DNA of 64,000 nucleotides. Source: an uncultured cyanobacterium (GTDB lineage: Bacteria > Cyanobacteriota > Cyanobacteriia > PCC-9006 > JAAUQQ01). This document shows positions 10,096 to 19,000 of this stretch, piece by piece (the first letter of the stretch is position 1; the number at the start of each line of letters is the position of its first letter). The stretch is from NCBI GenBank assembly GCA_963718615.1, contig OY970368.1:4800001-4864000 (forward strand), written 5' to 3'. A model generated the notes under the pieces. The model was not told where the DNA came from. It was given only the letters and a program-made list of their open reading frames with translations, and did not search any database. Both the position numbers and the translations under genes were made by a program.

Positions 10096-10605
10096 ATGCG
10101 GGATGCGGTAACCGGCCTCATTGGAACCTATGACTTGACGGGACGCTATCTAGATCGGGACGCCATCGATAGCCTGAAATCCTATTTCGAAGAAGGGTCG
10201 GCTCGCGTTCAGGTGGCGGCCATGATTAATGCCAACGCGGCAACCCTCGTCAAGCAGGCCAGTGCTCAATTGTTTGAAGAAGTGCCTGAGCTACTGCGGG
10301 CGGGCGGCAATGCCTATACCACCCGTCGTTTCTCAGCCTGTCTGCGCGACTTGGATTACTATCTGCGCTATGCCAGCTACGCCTTGGTAGCGGGCAACAA
10401 TACCGTCCTAGATGAGCGTGTGCTTCAGGGTCTGCGCGAAACCTATAATTCCTTGGGTGTTCCCATTAGTCCGACGGTGCGTGGCATGCAGATTATGTGT
10501 GCCAACATCAAGGCCATGGCCAAGGAAGCAGGCATTAGCAACACTGACTTTATTGATAGCCCCTTTGAGCATATGGCGCGAGACTTTAGCGAAGTTAGCA
10601 TCTAA
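10096..10605 (+). CDS. apcF: Allophycocyanin beta-18 subunit
   Basis: MRDAVT start, GGNAYTTRRFSACLRD, 169 aa. Confidence 0.95.
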   Translation: MRDAVTGLIGTYDLTGRYLDRDAIDSLKSYFEEGSARVQVAAMINANAATLVKQASAQLFEEVPELLRAGGNAYTTRRFSACLRDLDYYLRYASYALVAGNNTVLDERVLQGLRETYNSLGVPISPTVRGMQIMCANIKAMAKEAGISNTDFIDSPFEHMARDFSEVSI

Positions 10606-10751
10606 TCAGCCCCCAAAGGGTCTGTGAGCAGAGGGCTGACGAGCCCAGTTCGCTAAGGTATAGACTCCGAATTCGAACCCAAAGGGAGCTGCACTTTGAG
10701 TTGCCTTTGAGCTGTTTTTATAAATCTACTGTTTTTGTTTGAGAGAAAGCG

Positions 10752-10940
10752 ATGACGATTCTGTTTCAGTTACTCCTCACCATCCTGGTGTTGTTTTCCT
10801 TCGTAATGGTCGTCGGCGTCCCTGTCGGCTATGCGTCTGGTTTCGATTGGGGTCGCTCTAAGCAGCTGATTTTTTTGGGTTCGATCGTTTGGGCGGCGCT
10901 TGTGGTTCTTGTGGGTATCCTGAATTATTTCGTTGTCTAG
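10752..10940 (+). CDS. psbZ: Photosystem II protein Z
   Basis: 62 aa, two TM helices, [10 protein letters not shown]; upstream of ribH. Confidence 0.97.
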   Translation: MTILFQLLLTILVLFSFVMVVGVPVGYASGFDWGRSKQLIFLGSIVWAALVVLVGILNYFVV

Positions 10941-11079
10941 GGTCTTAACGATTCTGTAACCGTGCTGAATCGGTCTAGGATTGAAATTAGGATTGAAATC
11001 AGGAATGGGAGTGCAGACCCTGCGCTCCCATTTCTATTGCGCAGTAATTTATTGTAGTCATTGAGGACAAGGAAGCATC

Positions 11080-11568
11080 ATGGCGGTTTTTGAAGGAAGT
11101 TTTACCCAAACCCAAGATTTTCGGTTTGCGATCGTGATTGGTCGATTTAATGACCTCGTGACTGAAAAACTCTTGGCAGGCTGTCAGGATTGTCTCAAAC
11201 GCCATGGCATTGATCCCGATCCCCAGGGAACCCAGGTTGACTATGCTTGGGTGCCGGGGTGTTTTGAAATTCCGTTGGCGGCTCGCCAGTTGGCCCAGAG
11301 CGATCGCTACCATGCCATCATTTGTCTAGGAGCCGTTATTCGAGGCCAAACTCCTCACTTTGACTACGTTTCCGCAGAGGTTACTAAAGGCATTGCCAGC
11401 ACGAGTCTGCAAACCGGCGTGCCGGTGATTATGGGGGTTCTGACGGTGGATACGATGCAGCAGGCCCTGGAACGGGCCGGGATTAAGAGCAATTTGGGCT
11501 GGAGCTATGCCATGAATGCGATCGAAATGGCCAGCCTGATGGGGCAGTTGCCGAGCCTTGCAAAATAA
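11080..11568 (+). CDS. ribH: Lumazine synthase
   Basis: [24 protein letters not shown] motifs. Confidence 0.98.
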   Translation: MAVFEGSFTQTQDFRFAIVIGRFNDLVTEKLLAGCQDCLKRHGIDPDPQGTQVDYAWVPGCFEIPLAARQLAQSDRYHAIICLGAVIRGQTPHFDYVSAEVTKGIASTSLQTGVPVIMGVLTVDTMQQALERAGIKSNLGWSYAMNAIEMASLMGQLPSLAK

Positions 11569-11647
11569 ATCATTGCAAAATAATTTTGAAGAGTAGTTGA
11601 CATTTGTTGCGGAACTTGCGATTCTAGTATTCGTGCAAAGCACGTCT

Positions 11648-11719
11648 GCGGGTATAGCTCAGCGGTAGAGCGTCACCTTGCCAAGGTGAATGTCGCGCGT
11701 TCGAATCGCGTTACCCGCT
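11648..11719 (+). tRNA. tRNA-Gly(GCC)
   Basis: GCGGGTA/TACCCGC acceptor stem, TAGCTCAGCGGTAGAGC D arm, CACCT-TGCCA-AGGTG anticodon arm, GTTCGAATC T loop. Confidence 0.97.
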
Positions 11720-11828
11720 TTTAATCTTCACCCAACCTCCTGGTAAAATTTCCCTAAAAAGGTCGATTTTCCTAAGGATTCCGTAGTACTAATTAAAGTA
11801 GTGTCAAGTCCGTTGCCAGGAGCGACCT

Positions 11829-12230
11829 GTGCAGTCCCATAAAGCTCACAAGATCGATCTGTCTCAGGATTATCCCTGCCCCTGTCGTTGTCGGGGTCGT
11901 CTGTCTCCGATTGCCCTGACAGAAGCCTTTGGCTGCGTACGTTGTCAGCAAATTTTTGTGTTGAGCGAAGGGGGGCATGTGCTCGAAAAGCTGGTCACCC
12001 ACTATCCCTACAAGCAGGCTTGGCGATGGACGGGAACGCAATGGTATCGGGCTCACAGCGGCTGGCGAACCAGCTTTTTGCCGGCGGCTTTGATTACCAT
12101 TGGGATTTTGCTGTGCGTTTGGTTGCCTTTGGTGCGTTCCATGGGCGGCCAAGCCTTGGTTTGGGTGGCTGTTGCGCTATTGTTAGCTGTTTTGCCAGCC
12201 TTTTTGATGTGGTTGGCCTATCGCCGCTAG
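11829..12230 (+). CDS. Conserved cyanobacterial membrane protein with CPC/CxxC motifs
   Basis: YPCPCRCRG, TEAFGCVRCQQIF, two C-terminal TM helices. Confidence 0.8.
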   Translation: MQSHKAHKIDLSQDYPCPCRCRGRLSPIALTEAFGCVRCQQIFVLSEGGHVLEKLVTHYPYKQAWRWTGTQWYRAHSGWRTSFLPAALITIGILLCVWLPLVRSMGGQALVWVAVALLLAVLPAFLMWLAYRR

Positions 12231-12242
12231 CGGGATAAATTC

Positions 12243-13502
12243 ATGAGTGATGTAGAGAATTTCCCAGAGGCGGAAGCTTTGCCCGTCTGGGTGGGGCGGG
12301 CGGTGGAGGCGGCTCAAACGCTTCAGACTCTGAGTGGGGGACAACGGAGTAAGGCCCTGGGTGCTTTGGCGGTTGCCCTAGAGGCGGCTCAGGACGAAAT
12401 TTTAGAGGCGAATACGCTGGATTTGGAAGCGAGCCAGGAAATGGCGGTGCCGGATTTGGTGCAGGAATGGCTGAAACTGACACCAGAACGGCTACAGGAG
12501 GCAGTATCGATTTTACGGGCCTTGTCGCGTTTGGCGGATCCGCTGCAGCAGGCGGTGTTGCCCACGGCCCAGCCGTCCCTGGGGCAGGGCTATGGACAGC
12601 GACATCCGTTGGGTGTTGTTGCGATGATTTCTGAGGCTTTTCCAGGGTTGGGGGCGATCGCCACCGGGTTCTGTCTACGCACTGGCAATAGCCTGCTATT
12701 GCGCGGGGGAAGCGAATCCAGTCATTCCAATCAGGCCATTTATACAGTGTTGCAACAAACCTTGGAAGAGATCGGTTTCCCCAAGGACAGTCTCCTGTTG
12801 TTGCCCACAGAGCAGGGCAGTTCGCTGCGAGAGCTTTTGGGACAGCGATCGATTGATCTGATTATTCCCTATGGTCGAGCCAGTCTCGTCCAGCAGGTTG
12901 CCCAACAGGCGGCTGTGCCGGTTTTGCCAACGCGAATTGGTAATTGCTATTTATATTGGTCGAGTTCGGCTGGGTTAGAAACGGTACGCAGCATGATCCA
13001 AGAGAGTCATCGGGGTGAGCCGGAGCGGGTGAATGGTATTGAAAAAATTTTGATCCAGACCGCTGTGAGCAAAACTGCCATCGAACGATTGTTGCAAGCG
13101 CTGCAAGATCAAGAGTTTGATCTGCGGGGGGATGCGGCTTTAGTGGCGGAGTTTCCCCAGCTTAAACCAACGGAGGCAGAGGAATGGCGACAGCCCTATC
13201 AGCGTCTCCCTCGGGTGATTGCCCTGCGGTGGGTGGAGGATGTTTCAGCGGCGATCGCCTGGATTAACGAGCACAGCAGCGGGCATGCGGACTGTATTGC
13301 CACCGCCGCCTATAGCGAAAGCCGCCAGTTTGCCCAAGGGATCCGCAGCGCGACCACCTATGTCAATGCGTCGCCTCGGTTTGAGCGGTTGCCAGGGCTT
13401 TCCCAGGCGATCGCCCTCGGCATGTCCAATCAAGCGGGTCCCCAGGCGGGGCGTATTGGCCTAGACACTTTTACGCGAATATCGCAGATTATTCTGGGCT
13501 AA
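12243..13502 (+). CDS. Gamma-glutamyl phosphate reductase-like protein (divergent ProA paralogue)
   Basis: PLGVVAMISE, TGNSLLLRGGSE, HSSGHAD, YVNASPRF; catalytic Cys position is Val. Confidence 0.85.
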   Translation: MSDVENFPEAEALPVWVGRAVEAAQTLQTLSGGQRSKALGALAVALEAAQDEILEANTLDLEASQEMAVPDLVQEWLKLTPERLQEAVSILRALSRLADPLQQAVLPTAQPSLGQGYGQRHPLGVVAMISEAFPGLGAIATGFCLRTGNSLLLRGGSESSHSNQAIYTVLQQTLEEIGFPKDSLLLLPTEQGSSLRELLGQRSIDLIIPYGRASLVQQVAQQAAVPVLPTRIGNCYLYWSSSAGLETVRSMIQESHRGEPERVNGIEKILIQTAVSKTAIERLLQALQDQEFDLRGDAALVAEFPQLKPTEAEEWRQPYQRLPRVIALRWVEDVSAAIAWINEHSSGHADCIATAAYSESRQFAQGIRSATTYVNASPRFERLPGLSQAIALGMSNQAGPQAGRIGLDTFTRISQIILG

Positions 13503-13534
13503 GCGATCGTTCGTCCAATCATTGGGGACCAAGC

Positions 13535-14560
13535 ATGGGGATCGATGTTGTGAGTGAACTCTGGCTGCTATTCGGCTTGGGGCTGGGTCTTGGGCTGGGT
13601 CTTGGCCTAGGACTGGGGCTGGGGCGTTGGAGTCGACGTGGGCCGCGACGGGAAGAATCGGTTCCCTCGGCGTCAACATCGGTTTTACCCTATCCCCTGG
13701 CCTATTACCGGCTGTTGGAAATGGCTCAGTTTAAGGGCGGATTTTTGGCTCGGACGGCCCATGAATTGCGATCGCCCCTCAGCAGTCTCCTCGGCCTCCA
13801 CCAGCTCATCCTCTCGGATCTGTGCGATAGCCCAGAAGAGGAGCGGGACTGTGTGGCCCAAGCCTACGAAGCCGCCCAAAATTTCTATCAGCTCCTGGAA
13901 ACCCTGATCCGGGTGGCCAAAATTGAGCAGGGAGGGCAACGCCTCAGCCTAGAACCCATTGAGGTGGACATGCTGCTAGAAGAAGTGGCGCTCATTGTTT
14001 CTCTCCCCTTGGCCGATCGCAATGTTCGGCTGAAATTGCCTCCGCTCCACTCCGATCTCAAAAGTTTGGAGCTAGAAGCGGATTATCTCTGTCTTCAGCA
14101 AATTCTGAGTCAGCTTTTGCTCCAAGCTATGGAACAGAAAGCGACCGATATAGAAATCACGATTCTCCAAGCAACCCCGGCGCAGGGGGCAGAAATTGGC
14201 TTGGCGATCGCCGACAACCGACCTTTTCTTCCTTGGCAAGAAACCCTAGAAAGCTGGACGCTTCTACAATCTCCAACCCAGCCTGCGTTTCAGAACTTAC
14301 TCAATGACGCCAAGTCCGGTGGGACCAAGACTGGTGGAGCCGAACCCAACAGGATCGAGTCTGATGCGACTGATCCCAAGGCCGTCCAGTCCTTGATTCA
14401 GTCTTGGCAACCGGCTCAGCTCTCACCTGGCTTAACACTGTTGATTCAGCAGGCGCTGCTGGAGCAAATGGGGGGACGACTAGAACTGCTCCAGGCCCCC
14501 ACTGCCGAGGCTGTCGATCCGATTACCCAACTCTGCTGCTGGCTTCCTCATAGGATCTAA
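13535..14560 (+). CDS. Membrane-anchored histidine kinase-like protein with degenerate ATPase domain
   Basis: H-box AHELRSPLSSL; (GL)n TM stretch; N and G boxes poorly conserved. Confidence 0.8.
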   Translation: MGIDVVSELWLLFGLGLGLGLGLGLGLGLGRWSRRGPRREESVPSASTSVLPYPLAYYRLLEMAQFKGGFLARTAHELRSPLSSLLGLHQLILSDLCDSPEEERDCVAQAYEAAQNFYQLLETLIRVAKIEQGGQRLSLEPIEVDMLLEEVALIVSLPLADRNVRLKLPPLHSDLKSLELEADYLCLQQILSQLLLQAMEQKATDIEITILQATPAQGAEIGLAIADNRPFLPWQETLESWTLLQSPTQPAFQNLLNDAKSGGTKTGGAEPNRIESDATDPKAVQSLIQSWQPAQLSPGLTLLIQQALLEQMGGRLELLQAPTAEAVDPITQLCCWLPHRI

Positions 14561-15071
14561 CGCTGCGATCCTCCAACACGGACTGGTGGTGGGGAATTTC
14601 CTTCAGCAGGTCCAAGGGCTGATTATGCAAAACCATTGTGGTGCTGGAATTTCGCTCAAACCCGATGCGCTCATAAAATTTTTCTTGATAGGTCGTCATC
14701 AGATAAATCCGCTCCACCCGACTGAGATGGGGATGGCTGAGCAACGACACCACGAGCTTGCGGCCCAACCCATTGCCTTGATAATCGGGATGAATCACCA
14801 CATCCCAAATGGTTGCCCGGTAAACGCCATCGGAGGTCGCGCGGGCAAAGCCGACGAGGCGATCGCCCTCCCAAGCCACACAAATCGGTTTGCTATTGTC
14901 TAGAGCGACTTGTAAATCTTCAAGGCTGCGGTTCTGTGCCCAAAAAGCCGCTCGTTGGAAGAGATCCTGGAGGTCGAGGAGAGAGAGCGATCGCTGCATC
15001 TCAACACCCGTTTGAGGATGGGGGTGGGGATAGACACAAAACTGAATCAATGAGTTTTCAGAATTTTTCAT
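14523..15071 (-). CDS. GNAT family N-acetyltransferase (Ycf52-like)
   Basis: GFARATSDG, WDVVIHPDYQGNGLG, FYERIGF. Confidence 0.92.
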   Translation of the reverse strand: MKNSENSLIQFCVYPHPHPQTGVEMQRSLSLLDLQDLFQRAAFWAQNRSLEDLQVALDNSKPICVAWEGDRLVGFARATSDGVYRATIWDVVIHPDYQGNGLGRKLVVSLLSHPHLSRVERIYLMTTYQEKFYERIGFERNSSTTMVLHNQPLDLLKEIPHHQSVLEDRSVRSYEEASSRVG

Positions 15072-15363
15072 ACAAGGGCAATTCCAAGCCTAGGCCGGTG
15101 ATAGAGTGCCAAGGGTGCTACCGTGAGGCGATAGTTAATCCAGTAACCCGTCAATTCAGTAACCAGCAGCCACTTGAGATTTATCGGGAGCGGGGATTAG
15201 GCTGCCTAATTTATAACGTTTTTTTCACAAAAGCTCGCGATGCGCTGCAACGGAGCGCACGGTTTGTCAGGTTATCCTCAATTTACGAGAACCGATTGGC
15301 CGGTAACGATTGACTGGCAACGATGTCTCTAGGATCAAATGGGTATTCACTGAAGGCTTGATT

Positions 15364-15945
15364 ATGGCTAGATTTGCGCCCTTCCGTCTGCGTGGTTTTA
15401 TACGCTGGCGACGTTGGTTCCTTCTGGGGGTATTGGCCTGGATGGGGCTCGGTTTGGGTTGGGGGTGGAGCGTTGGCTTATCCCAGGGACCTCAGGGCGG
15501 GGGGGATTCGGGTTGGGCGATCGCCCAACCCCCTCCAGATCCCTACACCACCGTTGATTTTGTCCCCCAGCGCTACCAGCTAGGCCAGACGCTCTATCGA
15601 CAAAACTGCGCCACCTGTCATATTGGCGTTCCCCCCCAAGTCCTACCCTCAGAAGCCTGGCGCAATCTCATTCAAGATTCTAGCCACTATGGCGTCACGA
15701 TCACGCCGCCCCAAGGCCCTGCACAGGGTTTGATTTGGGCCTACCTCCGCACCTTTTCACGACTTAAATCTATCCAAGAAGAGCGCACCCCCTACCGGCT
15801 ACAACAGGCTCGCGCCTTCAAAGCCCTTCATCCCCAAGTCGAGCTTCCACGTCCCCTGGGCCTGGAAAGTTGCGCCACCTGCCATCCCGCCGCCGCCCAA
15901 TTCAACTTCCGCCAACTCACGCCCCCTTGGCTAGAGGCCCCCTAA
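15364..15945 (+). CDS. Dihaem cytochrome c family protein
   Basis: Two CATCH haem motifs and N-terminal signal/TM; ATG at 15364 preferred. Confidence 0.88.
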   Translation: MARFAPFRLRGFIRWRRWFLLGVLAWMGLGLGWGWSVGLSQGPQGGGDSGWAIAQPPPDPYTTVDFVPQRYQLGQTLYRQNCATCHIGVPPQVLPSEAWRNLIQDSSHYGVTITPPQGPAQGLIWAYLRTFSRLKSIQEERTPYRLQQARAFKALHPQVELPRPLGLESCATCHPAAAQFNFRQLTPPWLEAP

Positions 15946-16081
15946 ATCTTTGATGCGTAATCGGCTGGAGATCGGCTGGCGAGAGGTCGGTTATACCCAC
16001 CCATCCGCACCCGCAGCCGGGATTCTCGGGTGATAGGATAGGCATGAAATAAACTCCCGGTCTAGTATCTCCGCTGAAATT

Positions 16082-18931
16082 ATGCTCAAAGCGCTCTTGG
16101 GCGATCCCAACGCAAGAAAGCTCAACAAATACAAGCCCATCGTGACCGAAATCAATCTTCTGGAGGATGAGATCCAGGGGCTTTCAGACGAGGGGCTGGT
16201 CGTTAAAACAGCTGAATTCCGCCAGCAGTTGGAGAAGGCCAAAAACCGGGAGATGGAGCAGGAGATCCTCGAAGATATCTTGCCCGAAGCATTTGCAGTG
16301 GTTCGGGAGGCGGCTCGACGGGTGTTAGGCCTGCGCCACTATGATGTTCAGCTGATTGGGGGCATGGTTCTCCATGATGGCCAGATCGCGGAGATGAAAA
16401 CGGGGGAAGGCAAAACCTTGGTGGCGACGCTACCGTCCTATCTCAATGCGGTTTCGGGTAAAGGCGTCCACGTCGTGACCGTCAATGACTACCTCGCTCG
16501 CCGGGACGCGGAGTGGATGGGGCAGGTCCATCGATTTTTGGGATTGAAGGTGGGGCTGATTCAGCAGGGCATGTCACCGCTGGAACGCAAGCAAAACTAC
16601 GATTGCGACATTACCTACACCACCAACAGTGAATTGGGGTTTGACTACCTGCGGGACAACATGGCCACCACCATGGACGAGGTGGTCCAACGTCCCTTTA
16701 ATTTCTGCATTATTGATGAAGTGGATTCGGTGCTTGTCGATGAAGCCCGCACGCCCCTGATTATCTCAGGACAGGTAGAGCGACCCAGTGAGAAGTACTT
16801 GCAGGCTTCTGAAATTGCACTCCAACTTATGCGTTCCACGACGGATCCCAATGCCAAGGACAGCATGGAGGATCCCGACGGGGATTATGAGGTGGACGAA
16901 AAAGCCCGTAACGTTTTGCTGACGGACGAAGGCTTTATCAAAGCAGAGGATCTTCTGGGGCTCAATGATTTGTTTGACCCTAAGGATCCTTGGGCGCACT
17001 ACATTTTCAATGCCATCAAGGCCAAGGAATTATTTACAAAAGACGTGAACTACATCGTGCGCAATGACGAAGTGGTCATTGTTGATGAATTCACAGGGCG
17101 GGTGATGCCGGGACGTCGCTGGAGTGATGGATTGCATCAGGCGATCGAGGCGAAAGAGCGGGTGGAGATTCAGCCAGAAACCCAAACGCTGGCATCTATT
17201 ACCTATCAAAACTTTTTCCTCCTCTACCCCAAGCTAGGTGGCATGACGGGGACCGCCAAAACGGAAGAAACGGAATTTGAAAAGACCTACAATCTCCAGG
17301 TCACCATTGTTCCGACCAATCGCCCTCGGTCTCGGCAGGACCTCTCGGATGTGGTCTATAAAAACGAGTTGGCCAAGTGGAAGGCGGTGGCGGAGGATTG
17401 TGCCCGCATGCACGAAAGTGGCCGTCCGGTTCTGGTGGGCACCACGAGTGTAGAAAAATCAGAGGTGCTCTCTCGGCTGTTGGCGGAGCGGGGCATTCCT
17501 CACAATTTGCTCAATGCTAAACCCGAGAACGTTGAGCGTGAGGCTGAAATTGTCGCCCAGGCGGGTCGTCGAGAAGCGGTGACGATCGCCACAAACATGG
17601 CCGGTCGCGGCACGGACATTATCCTCGGCGGCAATGCGGAGTACATGGCGCGTTTGAAAGTGCGCGAGTATTTTATGCCGCCCTTGGTCAAACCTGAGGA
17701 TGACGGATTTAGCTTTTCCCAGGTGGCTGGGCTCGATGGTCGTGAAGCCCCTCAAGGATTTGGAGGGGGTAAAAAGATCAAGACTTGGAAGGCCTCTGCG
17801 GAGATTTTTCCTACGGAGCTTTCCCCAGCGTTAGAAAAACAGCTCAAGGAAGCCGTGGCGTTTGCGGTGCAAACCTATGGGCAGCAAAGTCTTGTAGAAC
17901 TGGATGCAGAGGACAGAATTGCTGTGGCGGCGGAGAAAGCGCCGACGACGGATCCGGTAATTCAAAAGCTGCGGGCTGTTTATAACGCCATTAAGGAAGC
18001 CTACGAAGCCTTTACCGATCGCGAACATGAAGCGGTGATCGAACTGGGTGGCCTGCATGTGATTGGCACAGAGCGTCACGAGTCTCGCCGCATTGACAAC
18101 CAACTGCGGGGTCGGGCCGGACGGCAGGGAGACCCTGGCACAACTCGGTTCTTCCTCAGCTTGGAAGATAATTTGCTGCGGATTTTTGGGGGCGATCGCG
18201 TTGCGGGTCTGATGAACGCCTTCCGAGTGGAGGAAGACATGCCGATTGAATCGGGGATGCTCACCCGTTCCCTGGAAGGCGCACAGAAAAAAGTTGAAAC
18301 CTACTATTACGATCTCCGCAAGCAGGTTTTTGAGTACGACGAGGTGATGAACAACCAGCGTCGAGCGATCTATGCGGAGCGACGGCGGGTTCTGGAGGGT
18401 CAAGACCTCAAGGAGCAAATGGTCAAATATGCCGAGCTGACCATCGACGATATTGTCGAGTACTACATCAACCCCGAATTACCCTCGGAGGAATGGGAGT
18501 TGGAGAAACTGGTGAGCAAGGTGAAGGAATTTATCTATTTGCTCGAAGATTTGCAGCCGTCCCAGCTCGAAGATTTGTCCGTCGATGAAATCAAAGCCTT
18601 CCTCTACGAGCAGGTGCGCATTGCCTACGATCTCAAGGAGGCCCAGATTGACCAGATTGAGCCAGGGCTAATGCGCAAGGCCGAGCGGTTCTTTATTCTT
18701 CAGCAAATCGATACGCTCTGGCGCGAGCATCTCCAGCAAATGGACGGGCTAAGGGAAACCGTGGGTCTGCGGGGCTATGGTCAGAAGGATCCCCTGATCG
18801 AGTACAAAAATGAGGGCTATGAGCTGTTCCTCGACATGATGACGGCCATTCGTCGGAACGTCGTGTACTCCCTGTTTGAGTTCCAGCCGCAGATTCAGCC
18901 GACGGCTCCAACCCCCGTAGAAACGGTTTAG
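16082..18931 (+). CDS. secA: Preprotein translocase ATPase SecA
   Basis: [29 protein letters not shown]; 949 aa. Confidence 0.99.
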   Translation: MLKALLGDPNARKLNKYKPIVTEINLLEDEIQGLSDEGLVVKTAEFRQQLEKAKNREMEQEILEDILPEAFAVVREAARRVLGLRHYDVQLIGGMVLHDGQIAEMKTGEGKTLVATLPSYLNAVSGKGVHVVTVNDYLARRDAEWMGQVHRFLGLKVGLIQQGMSPLERKQNYDCDITYTTNSELGFDYLRDNMATTMDEVVQRPFNFCIIDEVDSVLVDEARTPLIISGQVERPSEKYLQASEIALQLMRSTTDPNAKDSMEDPDGDYEVDEKARNVLLTDEGFIKAEDLLGLNDLFDPKDPWAHYIFNAIKAKELFTKDVNYIVRNDEVVIVDEFTGRVMPGRRWSDGLHQAIEAKERVEIQPETQTLASITYQNFFLLYPKLGGMTGTAKTEETEFEKTYNLQVTIVPTNRPRSRQDLSDVVYKNELAKWKAVAEDCARMHESGRPVLVGTTSVEKSEVLSRLLAERGIPHNLLNAKPENVEREAEIVAQAGRREAVTIATNMAGRGTDIILGGNAEYMARLKVREYFMPPLVKPEDDGFSFSQVAGLDGREAPQGFGGGKKIKTWKASAEIFPTELSPALEKQLKEAVAFAVQTYGQQSLVELDAEDRIAVAAEKAPTTDPVIQKLRAVYNAIKEAYEAFTDREHEAVIELGGLHVIGTERHESRRIDNQLRGRAGRQGDPGTTRFFLSLEDNLLRIFGGDRVAGLMNAFRVEEDMPIESGMLTRSLEGAQKKVETYYYDLRKQVFEYDEVMNNQRRAIYAERRRVLEGQDLKEQMVKYAELTIDDIVEYYINPELPSEEWELEKLVSKVKEFIYLLEDLQPSQLEDLSVDEIKAFLYEQVRIAYDLKEAQIDQIEPGLMRKAERFFILQQIDTLWREHLQQMDGLRETVGLRGYGQKDPLIEYKNEGYELFLDMMTAIRRNVVYSLFEFQPQIQPTAPTPVETV

Positions 18932-19000
18932 CGTTGAGAGCTGAGTCAGAGAGCAGAGACTAGAGCTCAGAGTTACATTTGGGCGGACCCAAGGCTTTTC

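Noticed and set aside
13575-13625. (GL)n coding repeat as a phase-variation tract
   Set aside because: Codons vary and the unit is in-frame; better explained as a TM segment
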